DNA of 64,000 bases from Dudresnaya verticillata (taxonomy: Eukaryota), in assembly GCA_977862235.1 (NCBI GenBank), contig OZ374563.1, positions 1,984,001 to 2,048,000 on the forward strand, read 5' to 3'. Position numbers and translations under genes: made by a program. The notes beneath the pieces were generated by a model. The model made no database searches and was not told the origin of the DNA. It saw only the letters and a program-made list of their open reading frames with translations. Positions 53,296 to 64,000 of this stretch are shown here, in pieces (the first letter of the stretch is position 1; the number at the start of each line of letters is the position of its first letter).

Positions 53296-54936
53296 TTACT
53301 CTGTTCTGAATTCTCTCATTAGTGTTTGATGCTGTTCCACGGCGGTAACAATTTGCTTGACAAAGCTGTCTATGTCGCCATGCAGAATTCCTGGCGTTGA
53401 GCGACCATTGATATGCAAGGTGTTCCCTTTTTGCTGCACTCGATGCACCCCGGGCCACTTGCACAGTTCTTGCAATCGTTTTATGGTGACAGACAGCGGC
53501 TTTCCTTTTTCTTGCTGAGCACGGATAAAGCCTTGCTGTACAAAGAAGTTCTCGCCGTCCGCTGTAGTCCACGAGAAGATATCTTCGTCTAGGCAGTCTC
53601 CCTGGCTCACCCTATAGAACACTGGAATCAACGCTACCCTTTTTCTTTCCTCCGGCGTGCTGCTATCATAATTGTTTAGGAATTGCCGTAGCATTTCCAT
53701 AGTCATGAATTTTGCAATGAAGTGCGGGGAGAGAATGAACACAGCTATTTTTGCAGATGCAAAAGCTTCGTATAAATTGGATGCGGCGTTTGGTTCTTCC
53801 GAGAAACTGATTTCGTCTAGATATGTTCGGAACTTCCTGTCGGTTAAAGCTTGACAAAGTGGAACGCTCACCACTTCGTCCTCACTGGCAGCGCATATGA
53901 ATACTGTATATCCGGGATTCTTCGTGTCTGGGGGTAGCGACTGCCGCCTCGTTCTGTTTTGTTCCGCAGCTTTGATATCCTGAACGGCAACACGTGCTTC
54001 TTCCACATACCCTTCAAAAATAGCTCTTTGGTCTGCGGACCACGACCATGTATTCAAGCACCACCTTGCCCTGAACGCCAGAACAGCTTGGGCAGCGTCG
54101 TCTCCTTTTTGACACGAGGTGCAGGCATTGAGCAGGGGATCCAAGTTGCCGTATGACAGAATTTCGTTTGCCATCGCCGTGCGAATGACGTCTTCAATTT
54201 CATCGCTTTCGGTATTCACTGTTGTCCGGAGAGCTTGTCCAAGAGGCTCTCTGTCACCATGCATAAAGAATCGCTGCATGTCCAGAAAAGCGATTTGTCT
54301 TTCAGGACCTAAGCTCGGTCTCGACGGGTCGTCGTTCCAGTACCTCCAAGTCATGGACGCTATGAATTGTACAATATCTTCTTCCGGATTGGCACTATCT
54401 CGGCTAACGCCTAAACTGTGTATCATGTGAGTGTAGTCTTTTAAGCTCGCGATGCATTTAGCATACGAATCCTCTTTTGACCTCTCCTCAACGCCTGACA
54501 AAAGTTTGCTTCTGCATCCTATCCTCCTGCCTTCTGCCTCGTCAGGCGTTTCTAAACAGAAGAGGCGCAGAGCAATTCGTCCCTCTTCGTCGCTTCTTGA
54601 ATACAGCTCCAATAGTGCCCGCAACTCGGCCAAACAGAATGGGTCGGCAAGATATTCTCTTGTTAACAGAACAAGAGCTACGCCTCTCCCTCGAAGCTGC
54701 AGAATCGCATCATAGATTTCTGAGGCACTTTCTGTCTGTGTATCAGAATCAACGAAGACATTGGGGGGCCACCGCCATCCTCTATCGTTATGGAGTCGCT
54801 TGAGAAGGTACTCCTTCGTGAATTTGCGCACAGTCATGCCCGGTGACGCTCCCATGTATCCGAGGGAGGCCAGAGTCTCCTTTCCATAGAAGCTGATGAA
54901 GCAGTCATATCGTCTCTTGCTGTCAATATCATTCAT
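53296..54936 (-). CDS. Protein with two TIR domains (546 aa from ATG 54936)
   Basis: TIR1: YDCFISF...VFVD...IYDAI...VALVLLTREYLADPFCLAEL. TIR2: YTVFIC...TYLDE...AKIAVFILSPHF...LIPVFY. Confidence 0.85.
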   Translation of the reverse strand: MNDIDSKRRYDCFISFYGKETLASLGYMGASPGMTVRKFTKEYLLKRLHNDRGWRWPPNVFVDSDTQTESASEIYDAILQLRGRGVALVLLTREYLADPFCLAELRALLELYSRSDEEGRIALRLFCLETPDEAEGRRIGCRSKLLSGVEERSKEDSYAKCIASLKDYTHMIHSLGVSRDSANPEEDIVQFIASMTWRYWNDDPSRPSLGPERQIAFLDMQRFFMHGDREPLGQALRTTVNTESDEIEDVIRTAMANEILSYGNLDPLLNACTSCQKGDDAAQAVLAFRARWCLNTWSWSADQRAIFEGYVEEARVAVQDIKAAEQNRTRRQSLPPDTKNPGYTVFICAASEDEVVSVPLCQALTDRKFRTYLDEISFSEEPNAASNLYEAFASAKIAVFILSPHFIAKFMTMEMLRQFLNNYDSSTPEERKRVALIPVFYRVSQGDCLDEDIFSWTTADGENFFVQQGFIRAQQEKGKPLSVTIKRLQELCKWPGVHRVQQKGNTLHINGRSTPGILHGDIDSFVKQIVTAVEQHQTLMREFRTE

Positions 54937-55887
54937 TCCGAGACTTGACAACTTCGGCGTGGGCGAACGAATAGTGCTTCTGAGCTGCAAGGGGTTAAGA
55001 AGGCGCAACTCTTCAGCTTAAGGTCGAACCTGTCACATATGTGCAGACACGGAGTAACGAATAATTTTCGGTTTGCCCATGTGAATTCCTTGTTGTCATC
55101 CAAATGCTAGACGAGGGCCCTTGCTTAAATTCCGACCGTATTGGGCCATCAGGAGGAGAGAATCTCACCCCAAAGAGGACGGGGCCAGAGTTCGGGTGAT
55201 AGACGAGGACAGGGCCACAGACAGCACAATACAAGGGTCCATGGACTAGAATACATGCCCATCAAAGGGCCTTACGCTTTTCTTTGAAGTGGGCTTCGTC
55301 GTGGGCCATACACAGCTAATCTGACTTTGCATCTGTTGCTGCGACCCATTTCACGCAGGCTATTAGAAAGAATACCTCCACAGTCGCAGTGCTATTGTGC
55401 TTCTCGGCTTGGCAATGTTGGGTGCAGGGTTTTGGCTATCACTTACAAAGCTGTTGCATCTCTCATTGACGAATCCTGGTTCTGAGCTTGCTTCATAGCA
55501 TTGGGACTTCCACATTACATTTCCACTCAATGCTTGAGATTATCTCAAAAGGAAGGCGGACGACACAACAACCGTAGGTTTCGACCGAGTGTGAGCTTAC
55601 ATACATTTCTTGTACATGGGCCGGCAAGTGGCCCACCTGCTTGCGCTCAGAAGCAAATTGTTGTAATTCGTCATTACCACAGACAATATCCGGCGGCGGC
55701 GACGATACTGTGGCGCTGTAGAGCACGCAATGCTGCTTACATTGGGCTTTTCCACGGCACCCTTCATTGCTTGCCCGAAGGGTACCCTTCCCCATGGAGG
55801 TTTCTTTCTTAAAGGAGCTGCGTCTCAAGTCTGCCCTTGAGTGTAAGAGAGCACATGCTCTCTTGTAGAGATCTGAAACCTCTAGCG

Positions 55888-56302
55888 ATGACATCTCAGT
55901 TGACGCAATCACTCCAACGTAAAGCAGCGCAGGTAGTTCGTTACCGCGCAGACCAGATGCGGCAATATTTTGCTCTCAAGGAGCGAGAGAGACTTCGAAA
56001 CGCGGCCCGCCGACATTTTCATTGCCCCGCATCCGAAGTCAGGGACGACTTTATTGCGACAGCTTGTCTACCAGCTACTAGTCGCCTCGGGCAACTTCCC
56101 GTCGGGCCCCACTGGTTACGCCTTTGACGACATCAGCAATGTAGTTCCAGTCTTGGAGTTACGTCACATCTTTGGCTCTGGCATGCACCCGACCACCCCA
56201 CGCGATTGGAAGTCCCACGCACTTGCACATAACTTTGCTCTTCCTGCCCGCTTCCTGTGCCGCTTCCTATCGAGGATACACCGATCCATCTCGCTGTTGT
56301 AG
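55888..56302 (+). pseudogene. Truncated, frameshifted PAPS-dependent sulfotransferase (Sulfotransfer_1-like)
   Basis: FETRPADIFIAPHPKSGTTLLRQLVYQL...VPVLE...PRDWKSH contains the 5'-PSB loop. Frameshift at ~55990; the C-terminal half is absent. Confidence 0.8.
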
Positions 56303-56799
56303 CGCGCTAGCGCTGCTGCGGTCTCCGTCTGAACTCGGGAGCTAAGCTGCAGCTTAAAGAGATAGACTTTTCATTTTCTCGGAGGCGTGGAGCTTTGGTG
56401 CCCTTCAAGCCTTAAAGGGCATCTGTCGACCCTTTTCTGGGATGCTCGGTGGGTGCGCATCCAGACAGATTATTCCAGGCAAATCTCGATTTGCCAGTCA
56501 AGGATCGCTCAATGAGACGGTGCAACATGCCCCGCTCTTCCGTGAAATGACAGAACAGGAGGTACAAATGTACTGAATCTTCCTGTCCAGAAACAGAGGG
56601 ACAAACGAAGCATAGGGAACCATACGGAGCTTCAAGTTGACGAGTCTGAATCTCCGTCGTCCATCTACGCTGCGCTCGCAATGTCGACTTCTCTGTCCCT
56701 CATCCTCTCGGACTCCTCCCTTTTAGGCGGGTCGTCATTTTCATAAGGCGTATACTGCACCGAGAACACAGATCAACCTGCGCTCGCGATAACAACCCA

Positions 56800-58117
56800 A
56801 ACACAGCTCGGTTATTGCGACCATCAAGGAGGCCGCAGAAGAGACCATCGGCACCGCCTTGCGATCCGCCGCGACCGCCTTCTCCACATGGCGCAAGTCG
56901 CTGCCGCTGGTGCGCCGCCATCGTCGAGCACCTCGGCGACTTCGCGCTGATTCTCATCCACGAAACCGGAAAACCCCTCGCCGAGGCGCGTAGAGAGCTC
57001 AATTCTGCACTACGATTCATCGACTGGAACATCAATGCCGCCGCGCGCGCCGTCTCCACGCATGGTTAGCATCCGGCTGACGGTGTCAAGACATTCGTCA
57101 CGCGGGAGCCGGTGGGCGTGTGCTCGCTCATCACGGCTTGGAACTTCCCTGTTACCATGCTCACCTGAAAGGTCGCCGCGGCAGTCGCAGCTGGTTGTGC
57201 TGTGGTTGTAAATCCGTATGAGATGGCCGCGCTAACTTCTCTTGCCCCGGCGCATCTGGCCCTAGGCGCAGGTGCTCCGGGCGGTCTCTTCAATTTTGTG
57301 GTGACTTCAAGAGAGCGAGCTGCGCCTGCCGCGAATCAAATGCTTCAAGCCCGATGTGCTCATATCCTCTCGTTCTCAGGTTCCTTGCGCGTTGGAAAAA
57401 TAGTCACGAAAGCTGCGACCAACCGAGTACTACCGTTGCTGCTGGAGCTTGGAGGGCACGCCCCGTTTATCGTTTACGACGACGCTGAAATTGATTCGAC
57501 TGTTGATGCCCTGGTTGGAAACGACTTTCGGAATGCTGTTCAGGTTTGTATTGCGGCAAACCGAGTCTTTGTCCAGAGGGCCCCGACTTTTGATGCCTTC
57601 TGCGAGCCCCTTCGATTGTGTGTAGAGAAGATAATTGCCGGGAATGGTCTTGACGATGGCGTGGACATGGGACCGCTCATTGACTCTGCCAGCGTTGAGC
57701 GCGTGTCATCCCATGTTAAGGATGCATTGGCTCGTGGTGACAAGCTGGTTTCTGGCGGGGTGGCTGAATATGACGGAAAGGACGGCTCGCAGAACAATTT
57801 GTGTTGGTGGATGTTGCTGAAGGAGACGTTCCGGCCGGTTTTTGGGATTCTCGGCTTCGAAACAGAGGAGGAAGCCTTGGCCCGTTCCAATGACAACACG
57901 GAGTCAGGCCTTGCGGCAATCGTGTTCACATCTGACAGCGGAAGAGCGACGCGGGTATCTCGACCTGTAAACTGCCATGGTTGGGGTTAACAGCGTAGAC
58001 AGCAGTGGAGCTGCTACTCCGGCCAGAGGCATTCGGGAATCTGGTCTTGGGTGTGAAGGTGGAGCCAACGTCCTGGACGCGTTTTCCAGGGACAAGTTCA
58101 CGCTCATGAAGTTCTAG
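56800..58117 (+). pseudogene. Aldehyde dehydrogenase pseudogene (succinate-semialdehyde dehydrogenase-like)
   Basis: ETGKPLAEA, EPVGV..ITAWNFP, LELGGHAP, FRNAVQVC, MGPLI, ETFRPV and GIRESGLG.EG. Stops at 57067-57069 and 57166-57168, plus frameshifts and deletions. Confidence 0.9.
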
Positions 58118-58574
58118 AATCACTCCATTGCCGCAGTATATGGAATTGAACATTCCAACAGGTAACAGCTCTTCTTGTGTCTAGGGTTCCGGTCCGGTTG
58201 TGACGTCACACTGGCGATCCTGAGTTATCGTGTCCATCAAAGTACTTTGTATCGTTCACTTTGGTAGAGTGGGTTCAAGAAGGCATGCAAAAGCAGCAAT
58301 GCGGGCTAACGGCCATGCCGGGCGTTTGAACAAACACTAGACGGCAGCGTGCTTCAAACAAGACCAGTCTGCACCTGTGCCTGCGCATAAAGCACGAGCG
58401 ACTCAAGAACGCTGATGGCTGCTCATGGTAAAAATGGAAGAACCCCCAATGCGGCAGGAAGCTGTGCTTGGCAGCCCATTTCACGGCTGTTGCAATACGA
58501 CGACTTTTGGATCAAATTGGCAGTAGTTGGAATTACAAACGGGCGATCCAAATTGATCCGAGCTCGGAAGCACG

Positions 58575-58879
58575 ATGCCACGCCTCGGGCGGCCATTGGG
58601 CGGCGTTGATCGGCCCAATACCTTGTGTTCGGGACCACCTTGTCCCACGCCGCGCTCTCCCCGCGACGACTCTCCTCAAACAACGCGCGTCCCCACCCAC
58701 CGCCACCCACCGCCACAACCGCCTCGCGGCCCGGCAGCGCTGCCGGTCGCCATGCCCCCGAACCTCTCCCAGCTGGGTGCGCCACCCGCCCCCCGCCCGG
58801 TCGTCCCGGATCTCGCCCCTGCCCCACCTCCGCTGCGGCCCCAGCCGCCCGTGCCTGCCGCGCCACCGCCACCGCCACT

Positions 58880-58923
<44 letters not shown>

Positions 58924-61109
58924 AACCGCAGCCACAGCCACACCTGCAGCCGCCGCCTGCCGCGCGCGCTTCCCCGCGTCCGCCTGCATACGAGGAACGC
59001 AGCTTGGTCAACATCCCGTTCATTCTGGGCAACGAGGGCATCTTGTGGGACCGCCACATCTTCTTTGCCTACCGAGCCCAGCCCTTCCACTTCCAGACCA
59101 ACACGTACCTTTCCCATCTTTCTCCATTTGCTGCCGTCGCATCCCGCATTAGCGGCGTCGAGGCGAACCGCGTGTGCGCTGTATGCGGCGATAGCTTTGG
59201 TTTGCGCCAGTGCCATCGTTGTACTCTCTCGTTTCATGCCTCCTGCATAGGCGCCGATCCTGCCTCCACGCCCGACCGCCCCTGGTTTTGCATAGCCTGC
59301 AAGTCCGTTAAGGGAGACGATACCACGTTTGCTTGGAACCCGCGCATGCCGCCGCCGCCGCTGCCACCGCCCTCGTCCGGCTTTGCGAGGCTTGTCGCGG
59401 ATGTGAGGGAGGGTAACCCCATGGACTTCGTGCTCAATGCGACCCTTTTCAAGTATTACGCGGACGAGTGTGAGTATGATTGGCTGCGATGTTACAAGTG
59501 TAAGAGAATCGTTGTTGTCGAGCTGGGAGTTCTTGCCGAGGCTGTTCGCTGCCCCTTTGAATGCCGCCTTGCCTACTGGATCCCACCAGAACGGCAAAAA
59601 TGTTTGGCCCCTGGAGATGAACTACTCTTAGACTCTCCTGCTGTTGAGTCGGTTAGGGCCTACATCCATCAGCGATCACGCCGCAGAAACGCATTATTCT
59701 ATTATGGCTTTGGCGAAGAGAATCGAAATGACTATGGTTTTGACGATGTGCAAACCGATGACGAAGTTGAAAGTGTTATTATTATCGATGATGACGAGGT
59801 AGATGCTCCTGTCATCAGGAAAGTAGATGTGTCTCCTATTAATGTATCTGAGAAGCCTCCAGGCAAGGTGGTGTCCGTAGAAGACATACGGGCAAATACA
59901 GTTATTAACTCTCAAAAGAAGGACGACACAGCAATGCCACAAGAGGACGATGATGCGGCCATGGAGGAACCGGACATTGACTTCAGTTTCGGTAATCCGT
60001 TGGACTTCCAGATTGACGCGGTTATGACTGAGCCTTTAGAGCGCGAAACGCTGGAAATCAGTAAGCAAGGAGTATCGCCAACCAATGGCCCGGCGAAGGA
60101 TTTGCTGCAGGAAACCAACGGTGTGCCAACGATTGAGCTCCCCGAGCCCAAAGAGCGAGATGCTGGTGCTACACAGCATCCAACGCTGCGCGAGGGGGCT
60201 AGTCATCCGATCCTCAAGGACCCAGTCGCAGTTGAGGAGATTAGGAAAAGTCTGAGTCCAGACCCGCGCGTTTCCGGCCAAGAGGCCGGGAAGGGACCGA
60301 CGAATAGAGTAGAAGACGCTGCAGGTGGTACTGCTTTTGATGGCAACACTGGGACAATATCAGTCCCTTACGTGTCCTCCGTACTGCCTGAGTCCGCGGC
60401 TCTAGCTTCCGCCGTGAAAGAAGAAGATGAACCAGAGTCGAAGGTGGATCCCAAAACGGACAGTGCGTTCCACCGAGCACGGGAGGGCTCGCAACTCGTC
60501 TTAAACTTCATTGCGTCTGCCGAATTCGAAGAGAGCGTCGAAGACTGCCTCACGGATTTAGTGATGGATGGAGATGATTCGTTGATAAAGCTATATTCAG
60601 CGTATCGCCATAATGAGAAGAGTTTGAAGCGTCACTGTATGCGATTGGCAAGGCGTGTCATGAACAGAAGCGATGCTAGGGGTGACTCGCTTCAGAACGC
60701 TGGGACATCTGGAGGGACGATATCTGGGGCTGCTCCTCTTCCTGCAGCTGCAGGCCAGCGGGTTGAGGAAGAAAGTCGGAGTAATTTGATTGCCAAGTCG
60801 GCTATTGCAGAGGCTTCGGACACTGCTGATCCAAGCAAGCCAACAAATATGCCAGAAGGGCCAGTTGCAGACTATAACAACACCATTCAAGATTTACTAA
60901 CTCGCCAGGCACGGGAACTGCGAGAAGTGACGGAAAGACTGGACAGAGAACTGGAGGCTGTTAAGAAGGAAGACCCAGGTAGTGATAGAGTGCAGAAAGA
61001 GCAGCGAAGACGGACTGCCGTTTTGACGGCTTTGAACGCAAAACACCTATCGCAGCTGAATCAGCTGGAGCAACCTATATCTGTACAGCAACAGGGAGCG
61101 AAGCAGTAA
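58575..61109 (+). CDS. Chromatin-reader protein: Pro-rich N-terminus, PHD finger, CW-type zinc finger, C-terminal coiled coil
   Basis: CAVC...CHRC..FHASC...WFCIAC is a C4HC3 PHD; DWLRCYKCKR...FECRLAYW...KC is zf-CW-like. Confidence 0.85.
58881..58922 (+). repeat. (CCG)14 microsatellite encoding polyproline
   Basis: Perfect CCG run inside the PHD gene. Confidence 0.95.
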
Positions 61110-61237
61110 CGCGAAGCATCACCGTGCATCGTGCGCTACTTCTGTAAAGATGCGAAGGCGCAAGCAGCACGAGAAATAAAGCATCACTGCTCTAGAGAGC
61201 TAACTTCAGAACTGGCGCCGCAGCAAGTCTACTTTAT

Positions 61238-62749
61238 TCATACCGCAGCACTCTTTCGCTTTGCTTTCTTTTCAGAGCTTTCGGAGAGTTCACGCTTGCG
61301 TTTTTTGTCCTTCTTAGACTTCGACTTTTCTTTCTTGGACGAGGACTTCTCCTTCTTGCTTTTGCTCTTGACAAGCTCTTTAGGGGTAGACGGGTCTGCG
61401 ACAGCATCAGGCGATTCGGGAACCGGGATCGGCGCCTCAGCAGCAGCCTGCACTACGGCCTCGTGCATGACATCGATATTTTTCCGCGGAGCAGCCCCCG
61501 TCTCGTAGAACTTCAGGCGTTCCTCGACTTGCTCTCGCAGTTTTCGCCCGAAGACATCTGTTGCAACATCGGAAAAGCAATCCATGCGAGATGCGATCGA
61601 ACACTTATTCGCCAAATATCGAGAAATACGGCCCTTGTTCTTCGTCTTCGCCCTGCCGATGTATGTCGAATGATACAGCAGACCATACTTTGGCGTTTTG
61701 CCCTTTGTTTTCAGAGCACGGAAAAGAGCCTTCTCTGCACCTAGGATTTGAACCGTGGAAGCCGGATACTTTGCTAGAGAGGTCAGCGACCCAGCGTGTG
61801 AGATGAGGCGCGCCCCAACCTGTTCCCCTATCAAAGCGGCGAGATTTGGCGCCACATTGTTCATTTTCGAGGACAAGTAGCTGTGCAGATGGGCACGATA
61901 CTCTGCCAACTGGACAACCCTCGACGCAAAGAGCTCAATATTGATTAGATCAACCGGGGATACGTCAGTCCCCATAGAAGACCTCGAGGCTACGAGCACA
62001 TCTTTGGCTTGCTGCTCATCCATGAGTATGACATTCAGGTGCGGGAGGGTATCTTCTGATATCGACGACTTATTCTTGACGACACCAATAACTCTTGCAT
62101 ACTGGATGTTGTCCGGCACAACCTTGATTAGCTCCGGGAAATGCCACGAGTACCACTCCCTAACGCGCATCGCAAAGGTGTTAATGTCCTTATCGAGTTG
62201 ATCAAGCAGAGCAATGGACTGAATGATCATGTTGTCGGCCTTGTGCACGTTGAACTTGACCTTAGACCTCGAATAAGAGTGCGCAAGCCCCAGCTGCGCC
62301 TTGACAGCATCAGTAGCGGAAAGCCCAGAGATGAATTTATCAAAATGCGTCCTGATGCCACGCAAGAGCTCATCGGTGTGCTCATCCGCGGCGACACCAA
62401 TACGGGCGTTGAGTGCTTCGGACAAGGCAGACTTGATCTTGCCGTCACGATGCACACCGAGGCGATGGCCAGACGCCTTCGAGGAGCTCTTCCGCAGCGG
62501 GAGATTGGTCTCCAGGAAATTCTGCAGGAAGTCAGAGACGGCGCCCTCAGAGATCATGTTGGCGTTCTCGAGCGCGTGCTCGGCCGAGCGGAATGGGGCA
62601 AACGCGCTCAGCTTGACCATCTTCGAGAAGCGCGGGAACTCAGCAATTGCCGCCTGCATGGCGTCCACCTGTGACGCGATTACATCTGCTTCCACGACTT
62701 CGAACAGCGCGTATCCCGAAGCGGACTCGGAAAGCAGGTAGAGAGACAT
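61238..62749 (-). CDS. NOP56: Nucleolar protein 56 (box C/D snoRNP), intronless
   Basis: ALENANx[50 protein letters not shown] and a K-rich tail. Confidence 0.96.
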   Translation of the reverse strand: MSLYLLSESASGYALFEVVEADVIASQVDAMQAAIAEFPRFSKMVKLSAFAPFRSAEHALENANMISEGAVSDFLQNFLETNLPLRKSSSKASGHRLGVHRDGKIKSALSEALNARIGVAADEHTDELLRGIRTHFDKFISGLSATDAVKAQLGLAHSYSRSKVKFNVHKADNMIIQSIALLDQLDKDINTFAMRVREWYSWHFPELIKVVPDNIQYARVIGVVKNKSSISEDTLPHLNVILMDEQQAKDVLVASRSSMGTDVSPVDLINIELFASRVVQLAEYRAHLHSYLSSKMNNVAPNLAALIGEQVGARLISHAGSLTSLAKYPASTVQILGAEKALFRALKTKGKTPKYGLLYHSTYIGRAKTKNKGRISRYLANKCSIASRMDCFSDVATDVFGRKLREQVEERLKFYETGAAPRKNIDVMHEAVVQAAAEAPIPVPESPDAVADPSTPKELVKSKSKKEKSSSKKEKSKSKKDKKRKRELSESSEKKAKRKSAAV

Positions 62750-63158
62750 GTCGAAAACGACACGGGCGCAGCAAGCTAATGCGGCGAGGAGGGCAGAGCT
62801 CGGCTGTGACGGGGTCGATCCACCTCAGCGCTTCTGCGCACAAGTTTCGGCGAGGCGCAAGGTCTGGGTAATGCAACCTCTGGCTCAGTCGGATTGGGAG
62901 CGGGGAAGCTTCTCGGAAAGAAACGGTAGGTGGGTTTCACGAAAGGCTAAACGAAGAAGAGTTGACGCCCGAGGTTTGATCCGCTGCCGCCGGCGGGACG
63001 TCGCCGAAACCCTGGCATTTTAATAAATTTTTGTCCCAAATTTCCATTCTCCGAAACAAACTGTCCTCACCGACACCGCTCACGCCCTTCCCCACCTCTC
63101 TCGCCCGGAGTTGTGCCCGACGTGCAAGGGACTTGGGTCTACCTCCCTCCAGTTCAAC

Positions 63159-63596
63159 ATGCAAGCGATCCTGGGTGCCGCCCGGGCCACGCCGGGTGTG
63201 GTGCAGCGTGCGCAGCCGCAAAGCGCGTTCGTGCGCTTCGCGTCGAAGAAGGCGAAAGGCGCAAGCAAGAACGGTCGGAAGACGATCGGACGGCGGCTGG
63301 GTCCGAAGGTCGGTGAAGGCGAGTATGTGGAGACGGGCAACATCCTAGTGCGGCAACGTGGGACCCGCATGTTGCCCGGATTCGATGTGGGCTGCGGTCG
63401 CGACCACACCTTGTTCGCCCTGGCGCCTGGTCTCGTTCGCTTCATCCGGGCGGCTCCACGTGAGGGCAAGAAGCGCGGCAGGGTTTACGTCCGCGTCGAC
63501 CCTGCACCGGCCCACCGCTTTGCTTCCATCCAGCGCAAGCTCCTGAGGCAGGCTATTCAACGGTACAACGGTCCGATTCTTCATGCCCCGCGGTGA
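63159..63596 (+). CDS. MRPL27: Organellar (probably mitochondrial) ribosomal protein bL27 with N-terminal presequence
   Basis: [16 protein letters not shown]...RRLGPK...[10 protein letters not shown]...GRDHTLFAL; Arg/Ala-rich leader from ATG 63159. Confidence 0.9.
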   Translation: MQAILGAARATPGVVQRAQPQSAFVRFASKKAKGASKNGRKTIGRRLGPKVGEGEYVETGNILVRQRGTRMLPGFDVGCGRDHTLFALAPGLVRFIRAAPREGKKRGRVYVRVDPAPAHRFASIQRKLLRQAIQRYNGPILHAPR

Positions 63597-63637
63597 CGGT
63601 TTTGGGTGCTTTGAGCAGCCCTCTTTTTTGGGGAGCG

Positions 63638-64000
63638 CTAGGAGCGTTTTATGTATATCGCTACGGCTGTTGCGACTTCGGCTACTAGCGTCGTAAGAAA
63701 AAGGATAGCAAACGTCAGGCTCTCATCTTGGTGTTCCCGGTGCTTGGAAAATCTCTTTTCGACCGCGCGAAGAGCAGGGGTGCCGAGAATTGCGTATCCC
63801 AACAATCTGAGCACGTTGAGTGCCGAAGAGCTGCGAATAAGCAGTGCGTCCTTCAAGAGGAATGCGTTGATATCCATCACCAGCAGGATCAAAATAAAGA
63901 ATGCTAGCGTTGCGGTCGCACCAGGCGGGTCGTCGGAGGCTGGCGACTGGTCACCGAGGCTTGCTCCCCGGAACGAGAATCTATCGATTTTGAAGCCTCG
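63638..64000 (-). CDS. 3' end of a membrane protein resembling base-exchange phosphatidylserine synthase (PTDSS/PSS); runs off the window
   Basis: LLVMDINAFLLKDALLI..SS.LNVLRL....ILGTPALR resembles PSS ELNxFFLKxxLWxPPxHxLxxxRL...GxxAxRE. The frame is open to 64000. Confidence 0.6.
   Translation of the reverse strand, partial: RGFKIDRFSFRGASLGDQSPASDDPPGATATLAFFILILLVMDINAFLLKDALLIRSSSALNVLRLLGYAILGTPALRAVEKRFSKHREHQDESLTFAILFLTTLVAEVATAVAIYIKRS

Overview
Eukaryotic, intron-poor DNA; a red alga (florideophyte-like) is inferred but not proven. The window has three zones. (1) 1-5152: a decayed DNA-transposon-like region with an ORF fusing the C-terminal half of an amino (N6A/N4C) DNA methyltransferase to a Tnp1/En/Spm-like domain, plus GAATGCGG repeats and two related terminus-like modules. 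(2) 5153-52835: a nested stack of seven Ty3/Gypsy LTR retrotransposons or remnants, named here B, C, G, A, D, E and F. A (13946-27177, TSD CTTCT), E (28537-52448, TSD CACCG) and F (40325-51701, TSD ACTTC) are full length and have chromodomain integrases. Five elements share one 18-nt PBS, probably for tRNA-Tyr. (3) 52836-64000: host genes, namely a tandem-TIR protein, sulfotransferase and SSADH-like pseudogenes, a PHD+zf-CW protein, NOP56, mitochondrial bL27 and a partial phosphatidylserine synthase-like gene. Main candidate novel system: all four retroelements with a visible 3' half carry a large ANTISENSE accessory ORF, and the four proteins share an unrecognised domain. Three of these elements are each saturated with a private short DNA motif (A: CGCC-N3-GGCG, F: CCGT-N-ACGG, C: GCCGCTGC). 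This resembles a VANDAL/VANC-like sequence-specific anti-silencing system in retrotransposons, but the functional link is inference. All alignments and counts were made by eye.
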